64,000 nt of DNA from Methylococcales bacterium (GCA_030753675.1 JASMBU010000005.1:19339-83338), one strand, 5' to 3'; positions 1-12,734 are shown, numbered from the stretch's first letter. Translations and numbers: made by a program. Notes: generated from the letters alone by a model not told the origin.

Positions 1-225
1 AAAACGGGTTATGTCTCAGAGCGTTATCTAAGAATGACCGCTGAAGCGGCAGGGTTCAAGTTTCTGAACAGTTCAACGATCAATGCTAACCTTAAAGATA
101 ATCATGATCACCCTGCAGGCGTTTGGACTTTACCGCCACGGCTAAAGTTGCAAGAAAGAGATCGGGAAAAATATTTGTCAATCGGTGAAAGTGATCGAAT
201 GACGATTTCTTTCATAAAACCCTGA
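1..225 (+). CDS. C-terminal fragment of a class I SAM-dependent methyltransferase-like protein (5' end outside window)
   Basis: Frame 1 is open from base 1 (KTGYVSERYLR precedes the Met used in the ORF track), with the stop at 223-225. The tail ...DHPAGVWTLPPRLKL... resembles the C-terminus of COG4798-type predicted methyltransferases. Family call is from memory only. Confidence 0.45.
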   Translation, partial: KTGYVSERYLRMTAEAAGFKFLNSSTINANLKDNHDHPAGVWTLPPRLKLQERDREKYLSIGESDRMTISFIKP

Positions 226-817
226 GGCGTTGGTGTAGAGGGCTTTCTTGGGGAAAGTGCGAGCGTAGGAATTGCATTTGGTCGGCTAAAATATTGCGTC
301 CTTGTAAAAATATATATTCGGCATAAGTGGGCGTAAATGGAATGGCGAGTAATTCTAAGCCTGATTTTTCTAGACTGTGATCAGCTTTAGCATTATTGCA
401 ACGTTTACAGGCGGTGACCACATTGTTCCAGTGGTCTTTGCCGTTTAGACTTAATGGGGTGATATGGTCTCTTGATAATTCACTTCGAGGATGGTGAATA
501 CCGCAATATAAACAGATGTGGTTGTCACGCTTAAATAACGTGGCATTATTAAGTGTGGGAATAAACTTTTTTGAATGGTTTTTATTCTTGTGGTGTAGGC
601 TTTGTGTTGCCAGGATAGAATTAATCTGAATGCTGCTTTGGAGGCCGGTTTGGCTGTTTATTCCTCCATGTATAGTGTAAAGCGGAGAGCCTAAGGTATA
701 GACCACGTGATCTAAGGTATACAGTTTTGCAGCAGTTTCAAGGCCAATCCATTCCAGTGGTATGCCTGCAATATCAGTGCGTAGAACTTGTTGTCGAAAT
801 ATAGACATATCTATCAC
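212..817 (-). CDS. HNH endonuclease family protein with an unrecognised N-terminal domain
   Basis: 201-aa ORF. CLYCG..(8)..SRDHITPLSLNGKDHWNNVVTACKRCNNAK is a canonical HNH motif with CxxC/CxxC zinc ligands. The first ~95 aa match nothing I recognise. Confidence 0.8.
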   Translation of the reverse strand: MIDMSIFRQQVLRTDIAGIPLEWIGLETAAKLYTLDHVVYTLGSPLYTIHGGINSQTGLQSSIQINSILATQSLHHKNKNHSKKFIPTLNNATLFKRDNHICLYCGIHHPRSELSRDHITPLSLNGKDHWNNVVTACKRCNNAKADHSLEKSGLELLAIPFTPTYAEYIFLQGRNILADQMQFLRSHFPQESPLHQRLRVL

Positions 818-895
818 CGGAAGTATAGGAAGTAGAAGTTATTTTTTTGTGTGTAAGAAAACAGTTCAGCATATTTATTTTTTTAAATAAATTAC

Positions 896-3127
896 ATGAT
901 TAAGTCAAGTAAAAATAGCAGTAATATTCTTCGGGTTGCCGTTATGGTGCCGTTATATCGACTGTTTGATTATAAAGTGGCGGAAGGTTGTGATCGTGAT
1001 TCGTTAAGACCGGGAGTTCGGCTGCGTGTTCCTTTTGGTGGCGGGAGTCAGGTGGGTGTGTTGCTAGAAGTTTGTTCGGAAAGCGAATGGGCATTAGAAA
1101 AATTAAAAGTGGTCGAGGAGGTTCTAGATACAGAGCCTGTATTATCAGTCGATGATTTAGACGTTCTGGGGTGGGTGAGTCGTTATTATCATTATCCGAT
1201 AGGAGAGGTTGTGAGTTATGCCTTGCCGGTACTGCTGCGGCAAGGTAAGCAAGTACGGTTTAAGAAAGACCTGTTATATAGGCTGACTAAATTAGGGGGG
1301 GCTGTTTCGAGTTCGGTCTTGGCGAGGTCGCCTCGCCAAAAAGCATTGTTTAATCTTATAAAGCAAGAAGAGGGGCTGATTACTGAGGCAGCAGTGCGGT
1401 CATGGCACAAGGAGGGTAAGAAGTTTATAGCGGAGTTAATGGTTAAAGGATATGTGGAATTGTATGACTTGCCGGTAACACTGCTTAAACCATCAGCGGC
1501 CGGTTTCAGCGAAACTCAAGTGCCTTTAACTATTGAGCAACGGCAGGTTGTGGATCGTGTCAACGAAAGTCTTGACGCGTACAAGGCCTTTTTGTTGGAA
1601 GGTGTTACCGGTAGTGGTAAAACAGAAGTTTATATGCGTGTGATTGATTCTGTTATCAGTCAGGGTCGACAGGTGCTTGTGTTATTGCCCGAGATTAGTT
1701 TAACACCGCAAATTGAGAATCGTTTCCGGCAACGATTTGGTGTCTGTATTGCGGTTTCACACTCAAGTTTAACAGATACTCAGCGTTGTCAATCGTGGCT
1801 TAGTGTGCAACAAGGTCATGCCAGTGTTTTGTTGGGTACTCGTTCGGTATTATTTCATTCAATGCCGCGATTAGGTTTAATTATTGTTGATGAAGAGCAT
1901 GATAGTTCTTTTAAGCAACAAGAGCGGTTACGGTTTTCTGCTCGGGATATGGCCTTATTAAAAGCAAAGAAAGGTAATATCCCGATCATTCTCGGTTCGG
2001 CAACACCGTCTTTGGAGAGTTTAAGTAATGTGGAGAATGGCCGATTTCAAAAGCTTAGCTTAACCCAGCGTATTGGAACTGCTGTCTTACCAAAAGTAAA
2101 ATTACTGGATATTCGTAACCAGCGGTTAGACGATGGGTTATCTGGGCAGTTAATGGATGCAATAAGAAAAACAGTTGCGCGGGGTGAGCAAGTCATTTTG
2201 TTTTTAAACCGGCGCGGGTTTTCACCTGCTTTAATGTGTCATGCTTGTGGCTGGATTGCTCGGTGCAAGCATTGTGATGTCAATTTGGTCGTGCATGAGA
2301 AGGCGGGGTTATTACGTTGTCATCATTGTGATTATCAGCACAGAAAAATTAAACAGTGTGGGCACTGTGGGTGTGTCGAGTTAGTATCGTTGGGGGTTGG
2401 GACAGAGCGTGTTGAGAGATTGCTGGTTACCGTATTTGGCAGTGATCAGGTTATTCGTATCGATAGGGACAGTGTTCGCCATCGAGGTGATTTAGATTTA
2501 GCATTGCAGGCCATTCATTCTGGCAAAGCAAAGGTCATTTTGGGAACGCAAATGCTCTCAAAAGGTCATCATTTTGAGAATGTGACCTTGGTCGGTATTA
2601 TTGATATTGATAGTGGTCTGTTTAGTGTTGATTATCATGCGCCCGAAAAGTTGGCGCAATTGATCGTTCAGGTTTCAGGTCGAGCAGGGCGGTCTCATAA
2701 AAAGGGTTTGGTGTTCTTGCAAACACGGCAACCGGAGCATTTACTGTTAAGAACGCTAATTGAAAAAGGTTTTACGGCATTTGCGGCTGCAAGTTTATTG
2801 GAAAGGAAAGTTGCGGGGTTACCGCCTTTTAGTTTTCAGGCATTGTTTCGAGTGAATGCAACTTCGGAATCGTTGGCGGTAGTCTTTTTGCAGCAAGTAC
2901 AGTCTTTGTTGGCACCTCATGTGGAGAGCGGTGTGCAAGTTTTAGGACCTGTTCCTGCCCCTATTGTTAGACGTGCACAGCGGTTTCATTATCAATTATT
3001 GATACAGGCGGAGCAGAGAAAACAATTGCATAAGTTATTGGATCTTTTAGTGAAGGACGTGGGGTTAATCAAAATAGCTCGAAAAGTGCGGTGGTCTATT
3101 GATGTCGATCCCGTGGACTTATACTAA
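896..3127 (+). CDS. priA: Primosomal replication-restart helicase PriA
   Basis: 743 aa. Walker A GVTGSGKTEVY, DEEH box (IIVDEEHD), and a Cys-rich zinc insertion (CHACGW..CKHCD..CHHCDY..CGHCG) typical of PriA. Confidence 0.95.
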   Translation: MIKSSKNSSNILRVAVMVPLYRLFDYKVAEGCDRDSLRPGVRLRVPFGGGSQVGVLLEVCSESEWALEKLKVVEEVLDTEPVLSVDDLDVLGWVSRYYHYPIGEVVSYALPVLLRQGKQVRFKKDLLYRLTKLGGAVSSSVLARSPRQKALFNLIKQEEGLITEAAVRSWHKEGKKFIAELMVKGYVELYDLPVTLLKPSAAGFSETQVPLTIEQRQVVDRVNESLDAYKAFLLEGVTGSGKTEVYMRVIDSVISQGRQVLVLLPEISLTPQIENRFRQRFGVCIAVSHSSLTDTQRCQSWLSVQQGHASVLLGTRSVLFHSMPRLGLIIVDEEHDSSFKQQERLRFSARDMALLKAKKGNIPIILGSATPSLESLSNVENGRFQKLSLTQRIGTAVLPKVKLLDIRNQRLDDGLSGQLMDAIRKTVARGEQVILFLNRRGFSPALMCHACGWIARCKHCDVNLVVHEKAGLLRCHHCDYQHRKIKQCGHCGCVELVSLGVGTERVERLLVTVFGSDQVIRIDRDSVRHRGDLDLALQAIHSGKAKVILGTQMLSKGHHFENVTLVGIIDIDSGLFSVDYHAPEKLAQLIVQVSGRAGRSHKKGLVFLQTRQPEHLLLRTLIEKGFTAFAAASLLERKVAGLPPFSFQALFRVNATSESLAVVFLQQVQSLLAPHVESGVQVLGPVPAPIVRRAQRFHYQLLIQAEQRKQLHKLLDLLVKDVGLIKIARKVRWSIDVDPVDLY

Positions 3128-3240
3128 GAGGTTAGGTACGTTTTAAATTATTTACAAGGGATAGCGGTCTGTTGCTAGATAATCCGTGATAGTTGTTAGA
3201 TAATAGTTCATTATTTTTTGAACTGATAAAAGTCGTCTAT

Positions 3241-5004
3241 ATGAAGCAAAAGGTGGTGGCCTTGTTACAAAAGGCCGTAGAAGTGTTAATTGAGCAATCG
3301 GTTCTACAGTCAGAATGGATTCCAGATATTAGTGTAGAGCGAACGCGTGATGCTCAGCACGGTAACTTCGCAAGTAATTTGGCGATGATGTTGGCAAAGT
3401 CTGCCAAGAAATCGCCGAGACAATTAGCTGAAGTTATTATTACTGCCTTACCGGAAGATGCTAGCGTAGAAAAGGTAGAAATTGCTGGCCCGGGATTTAT
3501 TAACTTTTTTGTTAATCCCAATTCCCAGCACGAGATAATTGCTGATGTTTTGCGGTTAGGGGCATCTTTTGGAAAAAGTAATATTGGAGCGGGTCAGAAA
3601 ATACAGGTTGAGTTTGTTTCTGCGAATCCAACAGGTCCCTTGCATGTAGGGCATGGCCGTGGTGCTGTTTATGGTTCGGTTATCAGTGAGTTATTGCGAG
3701 CGGTAGGCTATGATGTCGCTAATGAATATTATGTGAATGATGCTGGGCGTCAAATGGATATTTTGGCGACCAGTGTTTGGTTGCGTTATTTAGAGTGTTG
3801 TGGGCAAACCTTTCAGTTCCCGAGCAATGGTTACAAGGGCGCTTATGTCAAGGATATTGCGCGTCAGTTTTTTGATCGGATTAATCAGGATTTTTGTTTT
3901 GTAGCGACTGAAGTTTATGACGGCGTCCCAGTTGATGAGCCTCAAGGGGGCGATAAAGAGCAGCATATTGATGGTCTCATTATTAAGGCGCAGGCGTTAT
4001 TAGGACGCGAGCGTTATGCGCAAATATTTCAAGAAGGATTAACAGCCATTCTGGCTGATATTAGAGCAGATTTATCTGCTTTTGGTGTTGATTACCAGCA
4101 TTGGTTTTTTGAAAGTTTATTGGTTGAAGATGGCTCCATTGAAGATGCGTTAGAGCGTTTGGATAAAGCCGGGCATCTTTATAAGAAAGAGGGGGCCACG
4201 TGGTTTGCCTCTAGCGCGTTGGGGGATGAAAAGGATCGTGTTGTGGTTAGAGATAACGGCCAAACAACCTATTTTGCATCGGATATCGCCTACCATATGA
4301 ATAAATTGGATCGCGGTTTTGATGAGCGTATTATTAATGTTTGGGGGGCCGACCATCATGGTTATATTCCAAGGGTTAGGGCGGCAATGACAGCTTTAGG
4401 TGCTAATTCAGATAAATTAGACGTTTTATTGGTACAGTTTGCAGTTTTATACCGTGGTGATGAAAAAGTACAGATGTCAACGCGATCAGGTGACTTTGTT
4501 ACGTTGCGTCATTTATGTGATGAAGTGGGGCTTGATGCAGCACGTTTTTTCTATGTGATGCGAAAGTCAGATCAACATTTGGATTTTGATTTGAAGTTGG
4601 CGACAAGCAAGACTAATGACAATCCTGTTTTTTATGTGCAGTATGCTTATGCTCGGATTTGTAGTGTTTTACGACAACGAGAAGAAAAGGGGTTATCAAG
4701 AAATAGCCAGCAGGGATTAGACAATAGTGCGTTGTTGTCAACGGATCATGAGATTTCCTTGGTTGGGTTATTGGCGCGATACCCTGAGGTGGTTGAACGC
4801 TCAGCCTTGAAATATGAACCGCATCATTTGGTACATTTTTTAAGGGATTTAGCTAATTATTTTCATACTTATTACAATGCTGAGCAGTTTTTAGTTGATG
4901 ATGCTAAATTGCGTGATGTGCGAATGAATCTTATAGAGGCGGTTCAGCAGTGTCTTGCGAATGGGTTGGCTTTGTTGGGTGTTAGTTGTCCAGAGGCCAT
5001 GTGA
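3241..5004 (+). CDS. argS: Arginine--tRNA ligase
   Basis: Class I aaRS. N-terminal [12 protein letters not shown]... aligns with ArgS, with [11 protein letters not shown] and [13 protein letters not shown] (HIGH-like). I prefer the ATG at 3241 over the track start at 3193. Confidence 0.93.
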   Translation: MKQKVVALLQKAVEVLIEQSVLQSEWIPDISVERTRDAQHGNFASNLAMMLAKSAKKSPRQLAEVIITALPEDASVEKVEIAGPGFINFFVNPNSQHEIIADVLRLGASFGKSNIGAGQKIQVEFVSANPTGPLHVGHGRGAVYGSVISELLRAVGYDVANEYYVNDAGRQMDILATSVWLRYLECCGQTFQFPSNGYKGAYVKDIARQFFDRINQDFCFVATEVYDGVPVDEPQGGDKEQHIDGLIIKAQALLGRERYAQIFQEGLTAILADIRADLSAFGVDYQHWFFESLLVEDGSIEDALERLDKAGHLYKKEGATWFASSALGDEKDRVVVRDNGQTTYFASDIAYHMNKLDRGFDERIINVWGADHHGYIPRVRAAMTALGANSDKLDVLLVQFAVLYRGDEKVQMSTRSGDFVTLRHLCDEVGLDAARFFYVMRKSDQHLDFDLKLATSKTNDNPVFYVQYAYARICSVLRQREEKGLSRNSQQGLDNSALLSTDHEISLVGLLARYPEVVERSALKYEPHHLVHFLRDLANYFHTYYNAEQFLVDDAKLRDVRMNLIEAVQQCLANGLALLGVSCPEAM

Positions 5005-5603
5005 TGGTGAAAGATTTTAAAAATAGGGTTCGGCCTACACGCAAAAAATACAATAAAAGGCTTTCTGTTGGAAGGTTTTTTTTGGTTGTCTTGTTATTGT
5101 TAGGATTTGGTTATTTTTTAAATAGTCTTCGTCAATCCAGTGAAAGCGTTTCTAGGCAGTTGAGTTCCGCAACGCCTAAGCAGGCGCAGCAGGAGATGGC
5201 GGTGTCAGAAGCAAAGCAAAGCAAGCCGATGAAGCCGAGTACACCGCTCAAGAAAAAACAAGTGCAGGCGCCGCGCTATGATTTTTTTACCCTGCTTCCT
5301 GAAAAAGAAGTGGTTGTTCCTGATTATGAGATTAAAACACGAAATCGTGAGGAAAAAGCAGGTAAGAGGAGGGCCGTTCGCTATATGATGCAGGCAGGTT
5401 CATTTAGAAATAATAAAGATGCAGACCGTCTTAAAGCGAAGTTGGCACTAATAGGTATTGAGTCAAAAATAGAATTAGCACGGATCGGTGACGTCAATTG
5501 GTACCGAGTTAAGTTGGGGCCTTTTTTAAATATGTCTGCGACAGAAGTTGTTCGTCAGCGATTACGGAAAAATTTTATTGATGTCGTGGTCACGGAGAAG
5601 TAG
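5004..5603 (+). CDS. ftsN: SPOR-domain cell division protein, FtsN-like
   Basis: Basic N-terminus, one TM segment (FFLVVLLLLGFGYFL), a Q/K/P-rich linker and a C-terminal SPOR domain (YMMQAGSFRNNKDADRLKAKLALIGIESKI...WYRVKLGPF). The position after priA/argS matches ftsN-like genes in other gammaproteobacteria. ATG 5004 overlaps the argS stop (TGATG). Confidence 0.65.
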   Translation: MVKDFKNRVRPTRKKYNKRLSVGRFFLVVLLLLGFGYFLNSLRQSSESVSRQLSSATPKQAQQEMAVSEAKQSKPMKPSTPLKKKQVQAPRYDFFTLLPEKEVVVPDYEIKTRNREEKAGKRRAVRYMMQAGSFRNNKDADRLKAKLALIGIESKIELARIGDVNWYRVKLGPFLNMSATEVVRQRLRKNFIDVVVTEK

Positions 5604-5673
5604 CTCTATATTCAAGCAACTAATGGATGAAATGAAGTCGGTGCAGAATCGAGAGGCTGAGTTTGAGAGCGGG

Positions 5674-6690
5674 TTAATAGTTTCGTTGTACTGAAAAAAT
5701 AGCCAGTTCTATCATCGCCTGCCTATAAGGAGAGTCCGGTATTAAATTTAGGGCGTTAATTGCCTTTTGTGCTTCTTCGTAAGCACGTTTTTCTGTGTAA
5801 GTAATTGCCCCGGTTGCTTTAACGATTTTGTAAACGTCGTTGAATGCGTTGCGGTCACCTTCTTTAATGGCATTGATGATAATTTGAGAATCGTGTTCAC
5901 TGGCGTGCTCAATGGCATGGATGAGCGGGAGAGTGGGTTTGCCTTCGGCAAGGTCATCGCCTAGGTTTTTACCGAGATCTTCAGCATTCGCTTTATAGTC
6001 TAAGGCGTCATCAATGAGTTGGAAGGCATTGCCTAGGTGCATACCGTAAGCAGCCATTTGGGATTCAGTTTCTGCAGGCGCATTTATCAGTAGAGCACTT
6101 AGGCGTGTTGCAGCACTAAAAAGGATCGCTGTTTTTCTAGAGATAACTTCTAGATAGCTGGCTTCTGTGGTTGTCGGGTTGTTGCAGTTAAGGAGTTGCA
6201 GTACTTCCCCTTCTGCGATTGCAGTTGTTGTTTTAGAAAGGATTTCCATGACTCGCATATTGTCAGCCCTAACCATCATTTCAAAGGCTTTGGAATAAAG
6301 GAAATCGCCGACGAGAACGCTGGCAGCATTACCCCACACGGCATTAGCAGAGCCTTTACCGCGTCTTAAATCAGATTCATCGACGACATCATCGTGTAAT
6401 AAGGTGGCGGTATGAATAAACTCAATAACGGCAGCCAGTGTTAAGTGTTGCTGGCCATCATAATTTAGTGCTTTGGCAGTAAGAAGTAAAAGCATGGGGC
6501 GCAATCTTTTACCCCCACTGCCGACAATATAGTGGCCAATCTGATTAATCAAAACAACATCGGAGTTGAGTTCATCTAAAATTAGTTGGTCCGTTGCTTG
6601 ACTGTCATCAAGGGTGAGCATTTTGATGGTATCGAAATCAATAGGCTGATTCATGTCAAATGGTTTTTGTTCTTGGCTTTGTACGAGCAT
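5674..6690 (-). CDS. ispB: Octaprenyl-diphosphate synthase (trans-polyprenyl diphosphate synthase)
   Basis: 338 aa. First and second Asp-rich motifs are LLHDDVVDESDLRRG and QLIDDALDY. Divergent from rplU, as in many gammaproteobacteria. Confidence 0.9.
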   Translation of the reverse strand: MLVQSQEQKPFDMNQPIDFDTIKMLTLDDSQATDQLILDELNSDVVLINQIGHYIVGSGGKRLRPMLLLLTAKALNYDGQQHLTLAAVIEFIHTATLLHDDVVDESDLRRGKGSANAVWGNAASVLVGDFLYSKAFEMMVRADNMRVMEILSKTTTAIAEGEVLQLLNCNNPTTTEASYLEVISRKTAILFSAATRLSALLINAPAETESQMAAYGMHLGNAFQLIDDALDYKANAEDLGKNLGDDLAEGKPTLPLIHAIEHASEHDSQIIINAIKEGDRNAFNDVYKIVKATGAITYTEKRAYEEAQKAINALNLIPDSPYRQAMIELAIFSVQRNY

Positions 6691-6799
6691 GATGCTTTTT
6701 TTTGATAAAATATATCGTGCATTTTACATAAAAGTTGTGTTCAGCGTTAGGATTTCTGTTTCTTTGAAGCTGTCTGGTATAGGAATAATGAATTTTAGG

Positions 6800-6828
6800 T
6801 TGACGATATTACTTTTTATGATTAAAAT
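6800..6828 (+). promoter_or_regulatory. Candidate sigma70 promoter for rplU-rpmA
   Basis: TTGACG (6800-6805), 17-nt spacer, TAAAAT (6823-6828), about 45 nt upstream of the rplU ATG. Confidence 0.45.
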
Positions 6829-6871
6829 TATCGATTAATTTCAATAACCATGTTACGTGGAGATTAACCAG

Positions 6872-7183
6872 ATGTATGCGGTAATTCAAACAGGCGGTAA
6901 ACAATATCGCGTTGAAGAAGGGTCAGTCCTTAAAATAGAGAAGCTGGATATAGATTCAGGTGAAAATGTAGAGTTCGATAAGGTGTTGTTGGTACAGTCG
7001 GATGATGCGATTAAGGTTGGTCAGCCTTTTGTTGACGGTGGTAAGGTAACTGGAAAGGTTACTTCGCAAGGGCGGCATAAAAAAATTAAGATCATTAAAT
7101 TCAAAAGACGAAAGCACCAGATGAAGCAAATGGGGCATCGTCAATATTACACGGAAGTCCAAATTACTGGAATTTCTGCATAA
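6872..7183 (+). CDS. rplU: 50S ribosomal protein L21
   Basis: [17 protein letters not shown]... is the canonical L21 N-terminus. The ATG at 6872 is preferred over the GTG at 6857. Confidence 0.95.
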   Translation: MYAVIQTGGKQYRVEEGSVLKIEKLDIDSGENVEFDKVLLVQSDDAIKVGQPFVDGGKVTGKVTSQGRHKKIKIIKFKRRKHQMKQMGHRQYYTEVQITGISA

Positions 7184-7207
7184 TTAATACTTAGGTGGGA
7201 TTAGAAA

Positions 7208-7465
7208 ATGGCTCATAAAAAGGCAGGCGGTAGTACTCGGAACGGTCGCGATTCGGAATCGAAGCGATTAGGCGTTAAACGTTACGGTGGTGAGGCTGTT
7301 GCTGCGGGTAATATTCTCGTTCGTCAGCGCGGTACGCGGTTTCATCCAGGGTTGAATGTAGGTTGCGGGAAGGATCATACGCTTTTTGCAAAAGCAGAAG
7401 GGCGTGTTGTTTTTGAGGTTAAAGGACCTAAAAAACGTAGTTATGTGAGCGTTGTAGCCGCATAA
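7208..7465 (+). CDS. rpmA: 50S ribosomal protein L27
   Basis: [24 protein letters not shown]... is the canonical L27 sequence, 85 aa. Confidence 0.97.
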   Translation: MAHKKAGGSTRNGRDSESKRLGVKRYGGEAVAAGNILVRQRGTRFHPGLNVGCGKDHTLFAKAEGRVVFEVKGPKKRSYVSVVAA

Positions 7466-7506
7466 GTTAAGCGCAGATAAGCGGTGACGCTTTAAGTGCT
7501 AGATAG

Positions 7507-9766
<2,260 letters not shown>

Positions 9767-9812
9767 GGGATCGACAAGGATAGGCTTTACGCTTTACCCT
9801 TGTGTAACCTGT

Positions 9813-10085
9813 TTATTTAGCGGTCGCTAATGTGCGGACTTTAGCGTTTAGTCTGCTTTTGCTGCGAGCGGCTTTATTTTTATGAATTAAGCCTTTGCTT
9901 ACTGCTGAATCAATAGTAGAAACAGTTTTTTGGTAAGCTTGCTTTGATGCTTCAAGATCGTTGTTGCTAATAGCGGCGATAACACCCTTGATGTAAGTTC
10001 TTAAGTTACTGCGTTGAGACGCATTTAGTGCACGGTGCTTTTCTGCTTGACGCGCTCTTTTCTTAGCTTGTGGTGAGTTTGCCAT
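9813..10085 (-). CDS. rpsT: 30S ribosomal protein S20
   Basis: MANSPQAKKRARQAEKHRALNAS... is the canonical S20 sequence, 90 aa. Confidence 0.95.
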   Translation of the reverse strand: MANSPQAKKRARQAEKHRALNASQRSNLRTYIKGVIAAISNNDLEASKQAYQKTVSTIDSAVSKGLIHKNKAARSKSRLNAKVRTLATAK

Positions 10086-10185
10086 GATTTTTATATTTAA
10101 GTAATTGTAATCAATTAGGTATTATCTTAATTAATGCTATTATTGTCAAACTTTGATTCAATCATTTTCATATAGATAGTCTATT

Positions 10186-11724
10186 TTGAGCAAACAATTA
10201 TTAAAATCGACGGCAGTTGTGAGTTTTATGACCATGTTGTCGCGCATTATGGGATTTATTCGTGATATGTTGCTCGCGCGTCTATTTGGTGCTGACGCCG
10301 CCACGGATGTGTTTTTTATAGCATTTAAAATACCTAATTTTTTAAGGCGCCTCTTTGCTGAAGGCGCATTCTCTCAGGCCTTTGTTCCTGTATTAGCGGA
10401 GTACAAGGAACAACACGGTAAAGAGGCGTTAAAACAGTTTGTGGATCGAGCAGGAGGGTCTTTAGCATTAGTTTTGATTGCGCTAACTATTGTGGGTGTT
10501 GTTGCGGCTCCAGTTATAATTCTTGTGTTTGCGCCGGGTTTTGTATGGGAACAGAGTGGCCAATATGACTTGGCTGTTGCGTTATTGCGGTTGACTTTTC
10601 CTTATCTGTTTTTTATTTCCTCGGTCGCATTTGCTGGAGGTATTTTAAATACGTTTGGTAAGTTTGTGGTGCCGGCTTTTACGCCAGTCTTTTTAAATTT
10701 GTGTCTAATTGGGGCTGCTATATGGTTGGCTCCGCTCATGAATGAGCCGGTTATGGCGTTGGCTTGGGGCGTTTTTGTAGCCGGTATTGTTCAATTATTA
10801 TTCCAATTTCCTGCGTTGATGCGTTTAGGTTTGTTGCCGCGTTTACGATTTGGATTTAAGGATTCTGGCGTCAAAAAGATTATGTCGTTAATGGTGCCGG
10901 CATTGTTTGGGGCTTCAGTAACGCAAATTAATTTATTGTTAGATACGGTAATAGCCTCTTTTTTAGCTGCCGGAAGTATTTCTTGGCTTTATTATTCGGA
11001 TCGACTTGTTGAGTTTCCATTGGGTGTTTTTGGGGTGGCGCTGGCAACGGTTATTTTACCTAGATTGTCTAAAAATTATGCGACGAGAGATGATCAATCA
11101 TTTTCTAATGCATTGGATTGGGGGTTGCGTTGGATTGTGATTATCGGCGTTCCTGCTTCAATGGGCTTGGGAATTTTGGCTGAGCCTATGTTGTCGACCT
11201 TGTTCCAATATGAAAATTTCACTCATCATGATGTCGTTATGGCGGGAAGAAGTTTGATTGCCTATGCCTTAGGGTTATTGGGCTTCGTCTTGATTAAAGT
11301 TCTGGTGCCGGGGTTTACGTCGAGGCAAGACATGAAAACACCAGTTAAATTTGGTGTTTATGCTATGGGTTTTAATATGGTACTGAATATTTGTTTAGTT
11401 TTTCCATTGGCGCATGCGGGGTTGGCATTGGCGACATCAATCAGTGCTTTTTTGAATGCTGGATTATTACTGGGAACCTTGTTGAAGCAAAAGATCTTTA
11501 TTCCTAAGAAAGGCTGGGGCTTATTTATGGTTAGAGTTTTCATTGCTAATGTAGCGATGGGTGGGGTGTTGTATTATTTTGTGTACGGTGCAAATTGGTC
11601 TGAATGGCAGATGGATCAGCGTATTTTTGAGTTGATACGATGGATCGCTGTTGGTTTTTCGGTTTATTTTGGTGCGCTATTGATTTTTGGGTTGCGACTT
11701 AGGCATTTAAAGGGGGCCACTTGA
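10186..11724 (+). CDS. murJ: Lipid II flippase MurJ (MviN)
   Basis: 512-aa polytopic membrane protein. The N-terminus SFMTMLSRIMGFIRDMLLARLFGA and FFIAFKIPNFLRRLFAEGAFSQAFVP are MurJ hallmarks. TTG start. Confidence 0.9.
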   Translation: MSKQLLKSTAVVSFMTMLSRIMGFIRDMLLARLFGADAATDVFFIAFKIPNFLRRLFAEGAFSQAFVPVLAEYKEQHGKEALKQFVDRAGGSLALVLIALTIVGVVAAPVIILVFAPGFVWEQSGQYDLAVALLRLTFPYLFFISSVAFAGGILNTFGKFVVPAFTPVFLNLCLIGAAIWLAPLMNEPVMALAWGVFVAGIVQLLFQFPALMRLGLLPRLRFGFKDSGVKKIMSLMVPALFGASVTQINLLLDTVIASFLAAGSISWLYYSDRLVEFPLGVFGVALATVILPRLSKNYATRDDQSFSNALDWGLRWIVIIGVPASMGLGILAEPMLSTLFQYENFTHHDVVMAGRSLIAYALGLLGFVLIKVLVPGFTSRQDMKTPVKFGVYAMGFNMVLNICLVFPLAHAGLALATSISAFLNAGLLLGTLLKQKIFIPKKGWGLFMVRVFIANVAMGGVLYYFVYGANWSEWQMDQRIFELIRWIAVGFSVYFGALLIFGLRLRHLKGAT

Positions 11725-11791
11725 GGGGAGTAGGCTATGAGGGATTATTAAAAAATGCTAACATTAAGGGTTGTAAAAAAAGAAATAATTT

Positions 11792-12721
11792 ATGCGATTA
11801 ATTCGGGGGTTATTAAGTCACGCCAAAAAATTCCCTAAAGGTTGCGTGTTGACGATTGGAAATTTTGATGGGGTGCATCTAGGTCATCAGGCTGTTATTA
11901 GTGGGTTGGCGCAAGAAGGTAAAAGGCTCGGGTTGCCGGTTGTTATTATGTTGTTTGAGCCTCAGCCACTTGAGTATTTTCAAGGTGAAAATGGCCCTGC
12001 ACGGGTAACGCGATTACGTGAGAAGGTGCTGCAGTTGAAGCGGTTACCTGTTGATGAGGTCTACGTGCTTCGTTTTAGTCGTGTTTTAGCGGACAGGGAA
12101 CCAGAATATTTTATTCAAGAAGTGTTATGTAATAGCTTGAATGTTAAATATTTAGTCGTTGGCGACGATTTTCATTTTGGTAAAGCAAGGCGTGGGACTT
12201 TCTCATTATTGCGGTCGTGGGGGCATAAAATGGGCTTCGATGTGAGAGATACCCAGCCTTATTTATTGCAGGGTAAACGGGTAAGTAGCACGTTAATACG
12301 TGATGCTTTAGCAAAAGGAGATCTTGACAGCGCAGCATCGTTTTTAGGACGTTCTTTTTCTGTTTGTGGTCGAGTTGTGCATGGCGACAAGCGAGGACGT
12401 ATCTTAGGTTTCCCGACCGCTAATGTTGAAATGTTTAGAAAAACCTCGCCGGTTGTCGGTGTTTTTGCTATTACCTTGACAGGACTCGGCGGGCAAGTAA
12501 TTTGTGGCGTTGCAAATGTCGGTAATCGGCCCACGGTAAAAGGTATAGGTCTTTTGTTGGAGGTTCATTTGTTTGATTTCAATGAGGATATATACGGGCG
12601 TTATGTAGAAGTGCATTTTAAGAAGAAAATTAGAGATGAAAAACATTTTCAATCTCTTGAAGAGCTTAAGCTTCAAATTAGAGAAGATATAACCGTTGCA
12701 AAAAGTAGCTTAGATTATTAA
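11792..12721 (+). CDS. ribF: Bifunctional riboflavin kinase / FAD synthetase
   Basis: 309 aa. [11 protein letters not shown] nucleotidyltransferase motif and a C-terminal riboflavin kinase domain ([14 protein letters not shown]). Sits upstream of ileS-lspA, as in most proteobacteria. Confidence 0.93.
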   Translation: MRLIRGLLSHAKKFPKGCVLTIGNFDGVHLGHQAVISGLAQEGKRLGLPVVIMLFEPQPLEYFQGENGPARVTRLREKVLQLKRLPVDEVYVLRFSRVLADREPEYFIQEVLCNSLNVKYLVVGDDFHFGKARRGTFSLLRSWGHKMGFDVRDTQPYLLQGKRVSSTLIRDALAKGDLDSAASFLGRSFSVCGRVVHGDKRGRILGFPTANVEMFRKTSPVVGVFAITLTGLGGQVICGVANVGNRPTVKGIGLLLEVHLFDFNEDIYGRYVEVHFKKKIRDEKHFQSLEELKLQIREDITVAKSSLDY

Positions 12722-12734
12722 AAATGATGGGGCC

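Noticed and set aside
1-817. Methyltransferase fragment convergent with, and overlapping, the HNH nuclease, considered as a possible restriction-modification pair.
   Set aside because: The methyltransferase tail looks like a COG4798-type (small-molecule/unknown substrate) enzyme rather than a DNA methyltransferase. No DNA-MTase motifs are visible in the part inside the window. Convergent orientation alone is not evidence of a functional link.
3193-3240. N-terminal extensions in the ORF track for argS (3193), rplU (6857), obg (7585), lspA (15433), ampD (16666), mraZ (22617), murD (29922), ddl (35940), secA (41824), gpmI (47808) and DUF934 (53754).
   Set aside because: In each case the canonical protein N-terminus begins at an internal start codon. 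The extension either overlaps the upstream gene or lacks similarity to the family, so downstream starts were used.
6653-6838. 61-aa plus-strand ORF in the ispB-rplU intergenic region.
   Set aside because: It overlaps the ispB 5' end and the predicted rplU promoter. The translation is hydrophobic and low-complexity, with no Shine-Dalgarno. Likely spurious.
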